A stretch of DNA of 55,947 nucleotides from Candidatus Bathyarchaeia archaeon (GTDB taxonomy: Archaea > Thermoproteota > Bathyarchaeia > Bathyarchaeales > Bathycorpusculaceae). The notes beneath the pieces were generated by a model. It was not told where the DNA came from. It saw nothing but the letters and a program-made list of their open reading frames with translations, and did no database searches. Position 1 is the stretch's first letter, and each line of letters starts with the position of its first letter. The stretch lies in assembly GCA_037481775.1 (NCBI GenBank), contig JBBFKZ010000007.1, positions 1-55,947 of the forward strand, given 5' to 3'. Positions 39,917 through 47,772 of the stretch are shown in pieces. The position numbers and the translations under genes are program-made.

Positions 39917-40013
39917 TGGTGCGGTCGCCGGGATTTGAACCCGGGATCGCAAGCTTGGAAGGCTTCCACAGATACATGACTATTGTGTCCTAACCAGACT
40001 AGACGACGACCGC
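39917..40013 (-). tRNA. tRNA-Gly(TCC) with encoded CCA and a 19-nt non-canonical intron at 29/30 (39964-39982)
   Basis: Spliced sequence GCGGTCG TC GTCT AGTCTGGTTA GGAC A CAAGC CTTCCAA GCTTG CGATC CCGGG TTCAAAT CCCGG CGACCGC ACCA folds as a cloverleaf; BHB AGG-ACAC-AA^T / GTGG-AA^G-CCT with one A.G mismatch in the central helix. Confidence 0.95.
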
Positions 40014-40037
40014 ATACATAATAACGATGTTTACAAC

Positions 40038-40856
40038 ATGGATAAATCTTTTATTGATTGGCAACAGTTTAGTGAATGGGTAAACGCTAGGTACAGTAAC
40101 ACTTATGCAAGAATCATCCTACAACATACAAAGAAATATTATCATTTAATAAACGATGTTAAATCTTTAGAGTTAATTAAGCCTAGTATAAAAAACAATG
40201 TGGTTAAAAGCTTAATTATCTTAAGTAAGTTCTTAGGAATACATGAACAGTTTAAGAACACATTAAAAAACTATGGTGTTAAATTACATAAACAAAATGC
40301 TTTACAGTCATTTCTTAGAATATTAAATAATAATCATGATGTCTTAGACTGGTATAATATTGCCATATCTAATCTAAGAGATAACGAGAAAACTTTACTA
40401 AAATTCTGTTTGTATTCTGGATTAAGAAGAACTGAAGCTTTGACATCATTCAATAAAATTATTGATTTACATAAACAGAATAGACTTAGTGAATACTATG
40501 ACTCTAACCTTAACTGTTTAATGCATTTCAAACATCCTAAAGAATTCATTAGATATACAAAGAACGTTTACATATCATTCATACCTGAAAGCTTAGTTGA
40601 TGAAATAAGTACTAGTGAACCTGTTAGTTATGCAGCTATTAGGAAAAGACTTAACAAAAACAACATTAAAATTAGAATAAACGAACTTAGAGATTATTAT
40701 GGTACATTCTTGTTACAACATGGAATCTTAGAACAGGAAATTAATCTGTTACAGGGGCGTATTCCACCATCAATATTTGTCAAGCATTACTGGAGTCCAA
40801 AATTAAGTGAATTAAGAGACAGAGTGTTCAAAGTATTAAATCAGTTAGAACAATAA
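40038..40856 (+). CDS. Tyrosine integrase, C-terminal catalytic fragment Int(C); frame open upstream to the att core
   Basis: SGLR (R), YTKNVY (K), ELRDYY (R), LLQGR, KHYW (catalytic Y). Confidence 0.92.
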   Translation: MDKSFIDWQQFSEWVNARYSNTYARIILQHTKKYYHLINDVKSLELIKPSIKNNVVKSLIILSKFLGIHEQFKNTLKNYGVKLHKQNALQSFLRILNNNHDVLDWYNIAISNLRDNEKTLLKFCLYSGLRRTEALTSFNKIIDLHKQNRLSEYYDSNLNCLMHFKHPKEFIRYTKNVYISFIPESLVDEISTSEPVSYAAIRKRLNKNNIKIRINELRDYYGTFLLQHGILEQEINLLQGRIPPSIFVKHYWSPKLSELRDRVFKVLNQLEQ

Positions 40857-40876
40857 TTCCCTTTTTTCTTCTTTTA

Positions 40877-40987
40877 CTAAAACATCCCTATATGGGCACA
40901 TATTTCTTCTAGTTCTTGAACTCTTTTCTTGAGGTTAGCTATTTCCCTTTTTAGCTCCATTATCTCCTTTTCTACGTCCATAACCAT
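40877..40987 (-). CDS. Possible 36-aa coiled-coil peptide
   Basis: MVMDVEKEIMELKREIANLKKRVQELEEICAHIGMF; heptad pattern only. Confidence 0.35.
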   Translation of the reverse strand: MVMDVEKEIMELKREIANLKKRVQELEEICAHIGMF

Positions 40988-41181
40988 CCCATTAATCAAT
41001 TGAGTACGTCCTAATTAAAAACATACCACCCCTCTATCCCCTAAAAGGGGAAGTTTTAAACATACATTGTCAATACTGGTATGCTTTATTATATGTAATT
41101 CTGGGATAAGTCAAATATCCCCGTCTAGAAAATATCCTTTTAAAAATTGAAACCCAAGTCGCACTCTAAAAAATTCCATAT

Positions 41182-41331
41182 CTAATTTTTATGCTTGTCG
41201 TATGCTTTAGCTTTGGTGGTGTAATCATCATAGGTGGCTGTTCGCTCATTTTCCTTCAGTTTGAGAACATCAAAAATGTTATCAAGCTTTGCTCTTGCTT
41301 CTTGCTCTAACTTCTCATCACCTTTATTCAT
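41182..41331 (-). CDS. Possible 49-aa protein
   Basis: MNKGDEKLEQEARAKLDNIFDVLKLKENERTATYDDYTTKAKAYDKHKN; ATG overlaps the stop of the repaired upstream gene. Confidence 0.45.
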   Translation of the reverse strand: MNKGDEKLEQEARAKLDNIFDVLKLKENERTATYDDYTTKAKAYDKHKN

Positions 41332-41801
41332 TTACTATCGTTATTTTTCCTTTTAGTTGTTGTGTTAGCCATAGTAAACAATATATTCCTAGTAATGTTA
41401 ATGCACATAGTGGGATATAAATCATTAATAATAAATCTATTAGCGAATAACTGTACCAGTACCAAGGATGTTGTAAAACCTCAATACCAAAGGTGTATAA
41501 CCAATAAGCATTTGGTATTGTTAATGATATGATACTTGCATTTTTTTATGTTTTCTTTTTTAAGTATAATACTTAATGCTAACGTAATTATGCTGATTAA
41601 AGGTATCCATAGATTTATTAATTGAAGTTTTAAGGTTTCTATTCTATTTATATGAAATTCTGTTTCGTCCCCGTAGCCCCAAATCCAGAATTGAAAAGGT
41701 AAATAGCCGTATAATAGTGGAAGTATTATTAGAAAACATGTTAATGGTAGTAATAGTAATGTAGCTAAGTTTTTGATTATGGTTCTAACTTTTATTTTCA
41801 T
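41324..41801 (-). pseudogene. About 4-TM membrane protein frameshifted at an A7 tract (41541-41547)
   Basis: Removing one A continues the ORF with NASIISLTIPNAYWLYTFG...LLLMIYIPLCALTLLGIYCLLWL to TAA at 41324 (158 aa). Confidence 0.6.
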
Positions 41802-41910
41802 TTTTTACCCACACCATTCTAACCATGTTAATATTACATGTAGGTTTTCTACTCATCATCATTTGAAGTTTTGGTCTTTATTACACATTGATTAAAGTTT
41901 GGTTGGTTAT

Positions 41911-42246
41911 TCATTCTTCTAATACTTTGACGGTATTTATTGCATCAACCCATCTATTAACAAGATTCTTTACACGGTTCATTATTTCAGAGTAGGAGTC
42001 AAAAGCTAACAGCACATCAAATTGTCCTGCTTCAGGACACTTAAGAGCGAAACTTTGTTCTCCATTTTTCAGTTTTATGCCTAATTTACCAATACCATCA
42101 TTGAAAGCCTCTACAATGTCTTTTACTAAGTATACTTTTTCGCCAATAATCAATTTAGTTTTGGTTAATTTTATAGGTTTTGTTTGTTTCTTGAAAAGTC
42201 CAAGTTTTTCTACAATTTCCCCCGATAATATTACTTTTTCTTCCAT
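41911..42246 (-). CDS. Hypothetical protein, possible PH-like fold
   Basis: Beta-strand pattern ending in the helix VNRWVDAI. Confidence 0.65.
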   Translation of the reverse strand: MEEKVILSGEIVEKLGLFKKQTKPIKLTKTKLIIGEKVYLVKDIVEAFNDGIGKLGIKLKNGEQSFALKCPEAGQFDVLLAFDSYSEIMNRVKNLVNRWVDAINTVKVLEE

Positions 42247-42441
42247 GCTTTTTACTCTTCTTTTTCAACTATGAATTGTATGGTAAATTCGGTAAAAAGT
42301 TTATAAAATTTTTTAAACTAGAATCTTAACGGAAAATCAATATGAAAAACCTTTAGGATAAAGAACCTTGCTAAGTTGAAAACGAGGTTAAACTTCACAA
42401 GTTCCCAAATATTGTCATTTGCTTTCCTTATAAAAAGCCTA

Positions 42442-43047
42442 TCAATCAATCCATCCTTTAACTTCAGGCAGTTTATGTTGCTGTTCCCATACGATCAGAA
42501 ATATCTTATTTTTGGCTAGTATCTTTTGGGCTTCTTCAATATTCCATTCTTTGCTTTTTCTTTCGTCTACAGCCTTTCTTAAATTTTCAAAATAACTTAT
42601 GACAAGAAACCTATGACATTGTAGTCTTGTAAGATTTTTTATGTACTGCCGAAATTTATTCCACCTAATATAGCTGTTCTTGTTGTAATTCGTTATTTCC
42701 CATGCACTCCATCGCTGTCCATCTTTATACACAAGTACATCTAGAGCCTTATTCTTCGGTCTAACTACTATCGTAATTCCCTTTCTATAAACATAAAATC
42801 TATCTCCTCTAGGCTTACCATCACTAAACGGTCCACTATAAGACAGCAAATTATCAAACGATTTACCAGAAAACAACCTCTTAAACTCACTATTCAACCC
42901 TGTAAGACTATATCTATTTAATAATACGTAAACGAACGTTTCTGGGTTATTTTTATATATAGTGACCAGTATGTCCGCAACTTCACGTTCTCTAAGATGC
43001 CCAATTTTAAAACATTCATCAGGCTTAACAACTGTTCCCATTGACAT
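42442..43047 (-). CDS. Hypothetical protein, possible PD-(D/E)xK-like nuclease
   Basis: G...E..V helix then LDVLV...WEITN. Confidence 0.6.
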   Translation of the reverse strand: MSMGTVVKPDECFKIGHLREREVADILVTIYKNNPETFVYVLLNRYSLTGLNSEFKRLFSGKSFDNLLSYSGPFSDGKPRGDRFYVYRKGITIVVRPKNKALDVLVYKDGQRWSAWEITNYNKNSYIRWNKFRQYIKNLTRLQCHRFLVISYFENLRKAVDERKSKEWNIEEAQKILAKNKIFLIVWEQQHKLPEVKGWID

Positions 43048-43228
43048 CCCTTTTATCTAGTACTAAAAATCGCATGTACCGTCGAATAAGAGAAAACTGT
43101 TAGTCTTACCGGATTGAAAGTATGCTCTGAAGTTTCTTGTTTCTTCATATATCATGCACTCATAAATAAAAGGGAATGTGTATTTAAAAATCTTATTTTC
43201 AAATTGACGATATGGACATTATAAAAAC

Positions 43229-43510
43229 ATTATACACAAAGTTTTTATATTTTATGGCGATAAAGTATTATACACAAAGAAAAGGGAGAAAGAAAAATGC
43301 AAGTAACATGTCCAAAGTGTAAAAAACAAGGAACATTAACATCTAGATTAACCATAAGCTACGGAATACATTACCATTACTTCTACATTCAACATGTGGA
43401 ATTCATTAAAGGAAAAAGAAAGACAACATGGCATTACTTAGGAAAATATGAAGATTTACCAGAAGACATTAAGCAACTTATACACAAAAATTTTAGTACT
43501 GATACACAAA
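43229..43510 (+). repeat. TATACACAAA-type direct repeats around the Int(N) promoter and inside Int(N)
   Basis: ATTATACACAAAG at 43229-41 and 43267-79; TTATACACAAA at 43478-88; TGATACACAAA at 43500-10. Confidence 0.75.
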
Positions 43511-43593
43511 ACAATAACTCTGAATTAACCTCTAATCAACAAACAAACAACAAAAACGGGTTAGGACACAAGCTTGGAAGGCTTGTGTCCTAA
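43297..43593 (+). CDS. Integrase N-terminal fragment Int(N), running into the right att site
   Basis: CPKC plus YHYFYIQHVE...WHYLG resembles the SSV1 Int N-terminal region; joins Int(C) in frame on circularisation. Confidence 0.8.
   Translation: MQVTCPKCKKQGTLTSRLTISYGIHYHYFYIQHVEFIKGKRKTTWHYLGKYEDLPEDIKQLIHKNFSTDTQNNNSELTSNQQTNNKNGLGHKLGRLVS
43561..43593. repeat. Right att site: 13-bp perfect inverted repeat around a 7-bp spacer
   Basis: TTAGGACACAAGC-TTGGAAG-GCTTGTGTCCTAA; the spacer is the anticodon loop. Confidence 0.92.
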
Positions 43594-43613
43594 ACCAACT
43601 AGACGACGACCGC
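43569..43613 (-). pseudogene. Intronless 5' fragment of tRNA-Gly(TCC) (acceptor 5' strand through anticodon arm), displaced host half
   Basis: GCGGTCGTCGTCTAGTTGGTTTAGGACACAAGCCTTCCAAGCTTG; no T arm or 3' acceptor strand. Confidence 0.9.
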
Positions 43614-43664
43614 TATACATCAGCGCCATAAAAACATTAAAAAAAGCTATTTTAAGCTTCTCCA

Positions 43665-44198
43665 TCAAAGCGCCCTCAAATTTTCCTCCGCAACTGCGTC
43701 TAACCGTAAACGCACATAAGCAGCAATAACCGCCTCCACTGCTATTACAACCATCAGAAACACTGCAAGCATCCACGCCAAATCCCGAAATGCACGTAGC
43801 GCTTGATAATCTACATAGCCATTGACTAAGGCTATCCAGCTCCAGTAACTATGCCCTTGCGCCGCAAGAAACTCTTCTAAGTCCGCCGAAATCCACCAGC
43901 AAAAAGCCGTCAGAATAACTGCGAATAAGCTGCCTATTAACGTCAGGTTCTTCCAGTCAGAAGACAACGCCGAAGAATAAGAAATGCCAGTTCCAGAATT
44001 AGCTGGTGAAAGACGGTAGTGCATGATTTTCTTGGCAGTTTTAGGCGAAACACCCCAAAGCGAACCCTGCTGGACTGAAACAGCTATTAGTGGCTCCTCG
44101 GCAATAATCTTACATCCTTTCCTAAGCAGAAGAGTCCTCAAACGTGAATATGCTTCTGCAATTTCCAAGTTAACAACATGCTCAACCATAAGCGACAC
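43665..44198 (-). CDS. Hypothetical membrane protein (2 C-terminal TM)
   Basis: 177-aa ORF with host-like composition. Confidence 0.7.
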   Translation of the reverse strand: MSLMVEHVVNLEIAEAYSRLRTLLLRKGCKIIAEEPLIAVSVQQGSLWGVSPKTAKKIMHYRLSPANSGTGISYSSALSSDWKNLTLIGSLFAVILTAFCWWISADLEEFLAAQGHSYWSWIALVNGYVDYQALRAFRDLAWMLAVFLMVVIAVEAVIAAYVRLRLDAVAEENLRAL

Positions 44199-44226
44199 TT
44201 ACCGCGCATCTCTGCTTGAAACAGCT

Positions 44227-44889
44227 TTATTGGGGTTTTTCATCAGGCTTGAAAAGCTGCTTCTCATGCGGCGACCGCGGCTTAAAACCTCGAATGGCAC
44301 GGCTTGCCGTCCGCTGACGTTCCAAATTCTTAATCCGCGCATAAAGCTTTGAAACTTTCGTTTTAGACGGCAGCTTACGTTTTGGCGCGTGAACAGGAAC
44401 AGGCGTGAAAGGCTTAGCCGAATCATCAGCACGCTTGGACTTCTTAACGGGCACCTCACGAACTTTCTTAAACACCACATAACCCTCATGCAAGTTCACT
44501 TCCTGCACTTCCCAGCCTGCATCCAGCCAAGCCCGCGCATGAGCACTGGACGACGAATTACTCCACCAAGCCTCATCCCTATAAGCGTTCATCGGAAGAT
44601 TATTGCCGATCAAGCCGTCTATTCTGGCAAAAGAAAGCTTCACAAGCTTGGTGAAGGCGCCGCGAAACTTCAAATGCGCCGTGAGCCCACTGTACTTCGA
44701 CCGCGAAGGCGGCGAAACTACGCGCCTCGCACAGTGCAAACAGAGCATCATTGTCGGGTCCCCGGTGGAGACGTCAGGTACCATGCAATCTCGGCAAAAA
44801 AGTCGCTTGCACCTCTGACATTTCCTCATGTAAGCAACACTAAGCACCCTGCCGCAGATTCCACATTCATCTTTAACCAACGCGACCAC
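44227..44889 (-). CDS. Zinc-finger protein with an SKY..L...L..SF..I..LIG..LP..A....WWSN domain and basic tail
   Basis: Four CxxC pairs; conserved-looking WWSN/AWLDAGW domain of unknown function; downstream of rtcB. Confidence 0.75.
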   Translation of the reverse strand: MVALVKDECGICGRVLSVAYMRKCQRCKRLFCRDCMVPDVSTGDPTMMLCLHCARRVVSPPSRSKYSGLTAHLKFRGAFTKLVKLSFARIDGLIGNNLPMNAYRDEAWWSNSSSSAHARAWLDAGWEVQEVNLHEGYVVFKKVREVPVKKSKRADDSAKPFTPVPVHAPKRKLPSKTKVSKLYARIKNLERQRTASRAIRGFKPRSPHEKQLFKPDEKPQ

Positions 44890-44940
44890 GCAGAAAGCCT
44901 TGAGGAAACCTGAAAATAATAGGTAAACTCGCTATTAATC

Positions 44941-46419
44941 TTAACCTTTGACAACTGCTATTGGCACGAGTCTTGCGACCTTTGTGGCAACTCCAACTTG
45001 GTGGCTGACCTCGGCAACGACGTCCACATTCTTGTACGCGGCATCAGCTTCCTCAGCTAAAACCGCGGGGCTTGCGGCCCTGACAACTATGCCGCTCTTC
45101 TCCAACGCGGTTCGTATGTCTCCACCCCAGTACTTTCGTTTGGCCGCAGAACGACTTAGCATCCTGCCCGCGCCATGAGCCGTTGAACCAAAAGTCAAAT
45201 CCATGGCTTTTTCTGTACCCACCAGAATCCACGAGCTGGTTCCCATGCTGCCGGGAATAAGCACAGGTTGCCCTTCGCTGCGGTAATCCGCTGGGACGTC
45301 AGTGTGGCCAGGCGGAAACGCACGTGTAGCACCTTTCCTGTGTACCCAAACCTTTTTCTGGCTGCCATCAACCTGATGCTGCTCCACTTTTGCAATGTTA
45401 TGCGCTACGTCGTAAACAAGTTTCAACCCGAACTTTTCCGGATCCGCATGGAAAACTTGCTGGAAACTCTGCCTTACCCAGTGCATAATCGCCTGCCTAT
45501 TCGCAAAAGCGTAGTTAACCGCGCAAGCCATTGCTTGGAAATAGTCTTCAGCTTCCTTGCTTTTGCCAGGCGCGCATGCCAATTCCCGGTCAGGCAAGGT
45601 TATCTTATACTTCTGCACCGCGCGTTCCATGACGCGTAAATAGTCCGAGCATACTTGATGCCCATAACCGCGCGAGCCACAGTGAATCATCACCGTAACC
45701 TGCCCCTCCTGTTCGATACCGAAAACCTTGGCTGTTTTTGGGTTGTAGATTTTATCAACTCTCTGAATTTCCAAGAAGTGGTTTCCAGAGCCTAAGGTGC
45801 CTATCTGCGTTAGTCCTCGACTTTTCGCGGTTGATGAAACCTTATCTGGATCTGCGTTTTTCATGCATCCACGTTCTTCACAGTGCTCTGCGTCCTCTGG
45901 CCAGCCTAAGCCCTTACTGATTACCCACGATACGCCTTCAACAACAAGCCTATCAAGGTCGCTTGGAGTTATTTTGAAATCTTTCCGGCGGCTCCCCAGC
46001 CCGCAGGGAACATTCTCGAATATGGCGCTTGCCAGCTGAGCAAGCTTTTGCCGCATCTCTTTCTCCGAAAGGTTCGTTGTTATCAAGCGAACACCGCAGT
46101 TGATGTCGTAGCCCACGCCGCCCGGACTGATTACGCCTTCCTCGTAATCCGTTGCGGCTACACCGCCTATGGGAAAACCGTAACCTTCATGACCGTCAGG
46201 CAAAGTTACAGCATACTTGTAGATGCCGGGCAAGTGTGCAACATTAGCACATTGCCAAAGTGTCCTGTCAGTCTGCATCTTCTCCAAAAGGCTTTCATTC
46301 GCAAAAATCATGCCGGGAACACGCATCCCCGACCTATACTTTGGAATGCGCCATATACACTCGCCTACTTTTTCTAGGGGAACTTTCTCTGGCGGCGGAC
46401 GACTCTCAACTTCACCCAT
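44941..46419 (-). CDS. rtcB: tRNA-splicing ligase RtcB
   Basis: PDGHEGYGFPIGGV, DINCGVR, GSGNHFLE, HCGSRG, HRKGAT, STAHGAGR, AYK. Confidence 0.97.
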   Translation of the reverse strand: MGEVESRPPPEKVPLEKVGECIWRIPKYRSGMRVPGMIFANESLLEKMQTDRTLWQCANVAHLPGIYKYAVTLPDGHEGYGFPIGGVAATDYEEGVISPGGVGYDINCGVRLITTNLSEKEMRQKLAQLASAIFENVPCGLGSRRKDFKITPSDLDRLVVEGVSWVISKGLGWPEDAEHCEERGCMKNADPDKVSSTAKSRGLTQIGTLGSGNHFLEIQRVDKIYNPKTAKVFGIEQEGQVTVMIHCGSRGYGHQVCSDYLRVMERAVQKYKITLPDRELACAPGKSKEAEDYFQAMACAVNYAFANRQAIMHWVRQSFQQVFHADPEKFGLKLVYDVAHNIAKVEQHQVDGSQKKVWVHRKGATRAFPPGHTDVPADYRSEGQPVLIPGSMGTSSWILVGTEKAMDLTFGSTAHGAGRMLSRSAAKRKYWGGDIRTALEKSGIVVRAASPAVLAEEADAAYKNVDVVAEVSHQVGVATKVARLVPIAVVKG

Positions 46420-46675
46420 AAATTTTTGCCTCCAAACAAAAAGTAAATGCTAGATATAAAACGGTTTTGACTCTGACGCCAAAAACAGGTGCATGATTAT
46501 AGTTAGCTGTGGCGCAATCTTCGGGATGCTTGTCAAATCCAATTGAAAAAAACGATTTGCATAAATTTGCACCGGTCTGTTTTATTAGTGCTCTAATCAA
46601 CATGGTTTTGTCACAAAGTTTTTTTAAATATGAGCGATAGTAGGTATTCCATAATTTGCTCAAGGTTGTCGTTGA

Positions 46676-47755
46676 TTGGAAAAGAATGGGTTGGACGCAA
46701 GCACAAGGAGTTTTGTTCCAGATAACCTCATTCGCACTTTAGCAATTATCTTGGTTATACTGCTTCATGCGGCGAATACAACATTAAAAGCATCTTCCGT
46801 GCCAGAGTCATACTGGTGGACCGCAGTTGTTTACAAAAGCTTAGCTCTACCGTGTGTTCCATTGTTTGTAATGTTGAGTGGAGCCTTGCTGCTTAAGCGT
46901 ACTAAACTCGATGAGCCTATACGGGTTTTTCTTAAGAAACGGGTAAGCCGTCTTGGCTTGCCCATTGTTTTTTGGAGCGCAGTTTATCTTGCATGGGCTT
47001 TTTTCGTCAGCCAAACACCCGTAACGTGGGAGAACGTCGAAAGAGGCATACTTTATAGCTTGTTTGGCGGCGCTTACTATCATTTTTGGTTTATCTACCT
47101 CATAGTGGGCATTTACTTGATTACTCCAATTTTGAGGGTAATAATAGCCCACGGAAATATGCGGGTCATTCGGTACCTATGCTTACTTTGGTTTGTCAGC
47201 GTCGCTGTCGTGCCGCTTATAGAATTGGCTACCGGCCACACTTTAAACCCCCTCGCCTTCGTAATCAGCGGCTGGGAAGGTTACTTTATTTTCGGCTCAT
47301 ACCTGAAGAGAGTGAAGGTGCAGTCTTCCATTTTATATGGCCTATTAATTCTCGGTTTCGTTTGGACAATATTCGGCACTTGGTTAATGAATTATCCATT
47401 GAGCGCTATGCAGCGAAACAACTTCTTTTTTGATTACCTAACAGCAAACGTGATCATAAGTTCAATTGCGTTATTCTTGATTCTCCTGAGGTTCCATCGA
47501 GACTGGCCAGGAAGCAATCACGCGATTGCTAGCCGCATTGTACAAGCAATAAGCAAGAATACTTTACCTATTTTTCTGTTTCATGTGATAATTTTGGAGT
47601 CATTTGAAAGAGGCTTTTTTGGTTTCACATTAAGCTTCACGACGTTGCATCCAATTATCGAAATTCCATTAATCACGGTGCTAACGCTTTTCATAACGCT
47701 CGGCTTAGTCCTGTTAATGCGGAAAGTGCCACTCCTGAATAAGATGATAGGCTGA
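46676..47755 (+). CDS. Acyltransferase family 3 (membrane O-acetyltransferase)
   Basis: R.LAI..VILLH, VPLFVMLSGALLL, YYHFWFIY, IFLFH; about 10 TM. Confidence 0.88.
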   Translation: MEKNGLDASTRSFVPDNLIRTLAIILVILLHAANTTLKASSVPESYWWTAVVYKSLALPCVPLFVMLSGALLLKRTKLDEPIRVFLKKRVSRLGLPIVFWSAVYLAWAFFVSQTPVTWENVERGILYSLFGGAYYHFWFIYLIVGIYLITPILRVIIAHGNMRVIRYLCLLWFVSVAVVPLIELATGHTLNPLAFVISGWEGYFIFGSYLKRVKVQSSILYGLLILGFVWTIFGTWLMNYPLSAMQRNNFFFDYLTANVIISSIALFLILLRFHRDWPGSNHAIASRIVQAISKNTLPIFLFHVIILESFERGFFGFTLSFTTLHPIIEIPLITVLTLFITLGLVLLMRKVPLLNKMIG

Positions 47756-47772
47756 GATGTGGCAGAGAACCA

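Larger units (their letters stand above)
39950..43584. mobile_element. 3.6-kb integrative element in tRNA-Gly(TCC) with an SSV1-type split integrase
   Basis: 16-bp direct repeat CAAGCTTGGAAGGCTT at 39950-39965 and 43569-43584; visibly AT-rich interior; tyrosine recombinase; tRNA fragment at the far end; predicted circle 3619 bp. Confidence 0.93.

Noticed and set aside
39781-39993. 70-aa ORF containing RSPGFEPG
   Set aside because: Antisense translation of the tRNA 3' half, not a gene
41029-41050. CCCCTCTAT and a CCCCT-AAA-AGGGG hairpin inside the element
   Set aside because: Only 9 bp match the 46-bp repeat; too little to call an origin or a repeat copy
43569-43613. tRNA 5' fragment as a trans-spliced split tRNA
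   Set aside because: Its 3' flank folds back on itself, no matching 3'-half gene with a complementary leader is visible, and att duplication explains it fully
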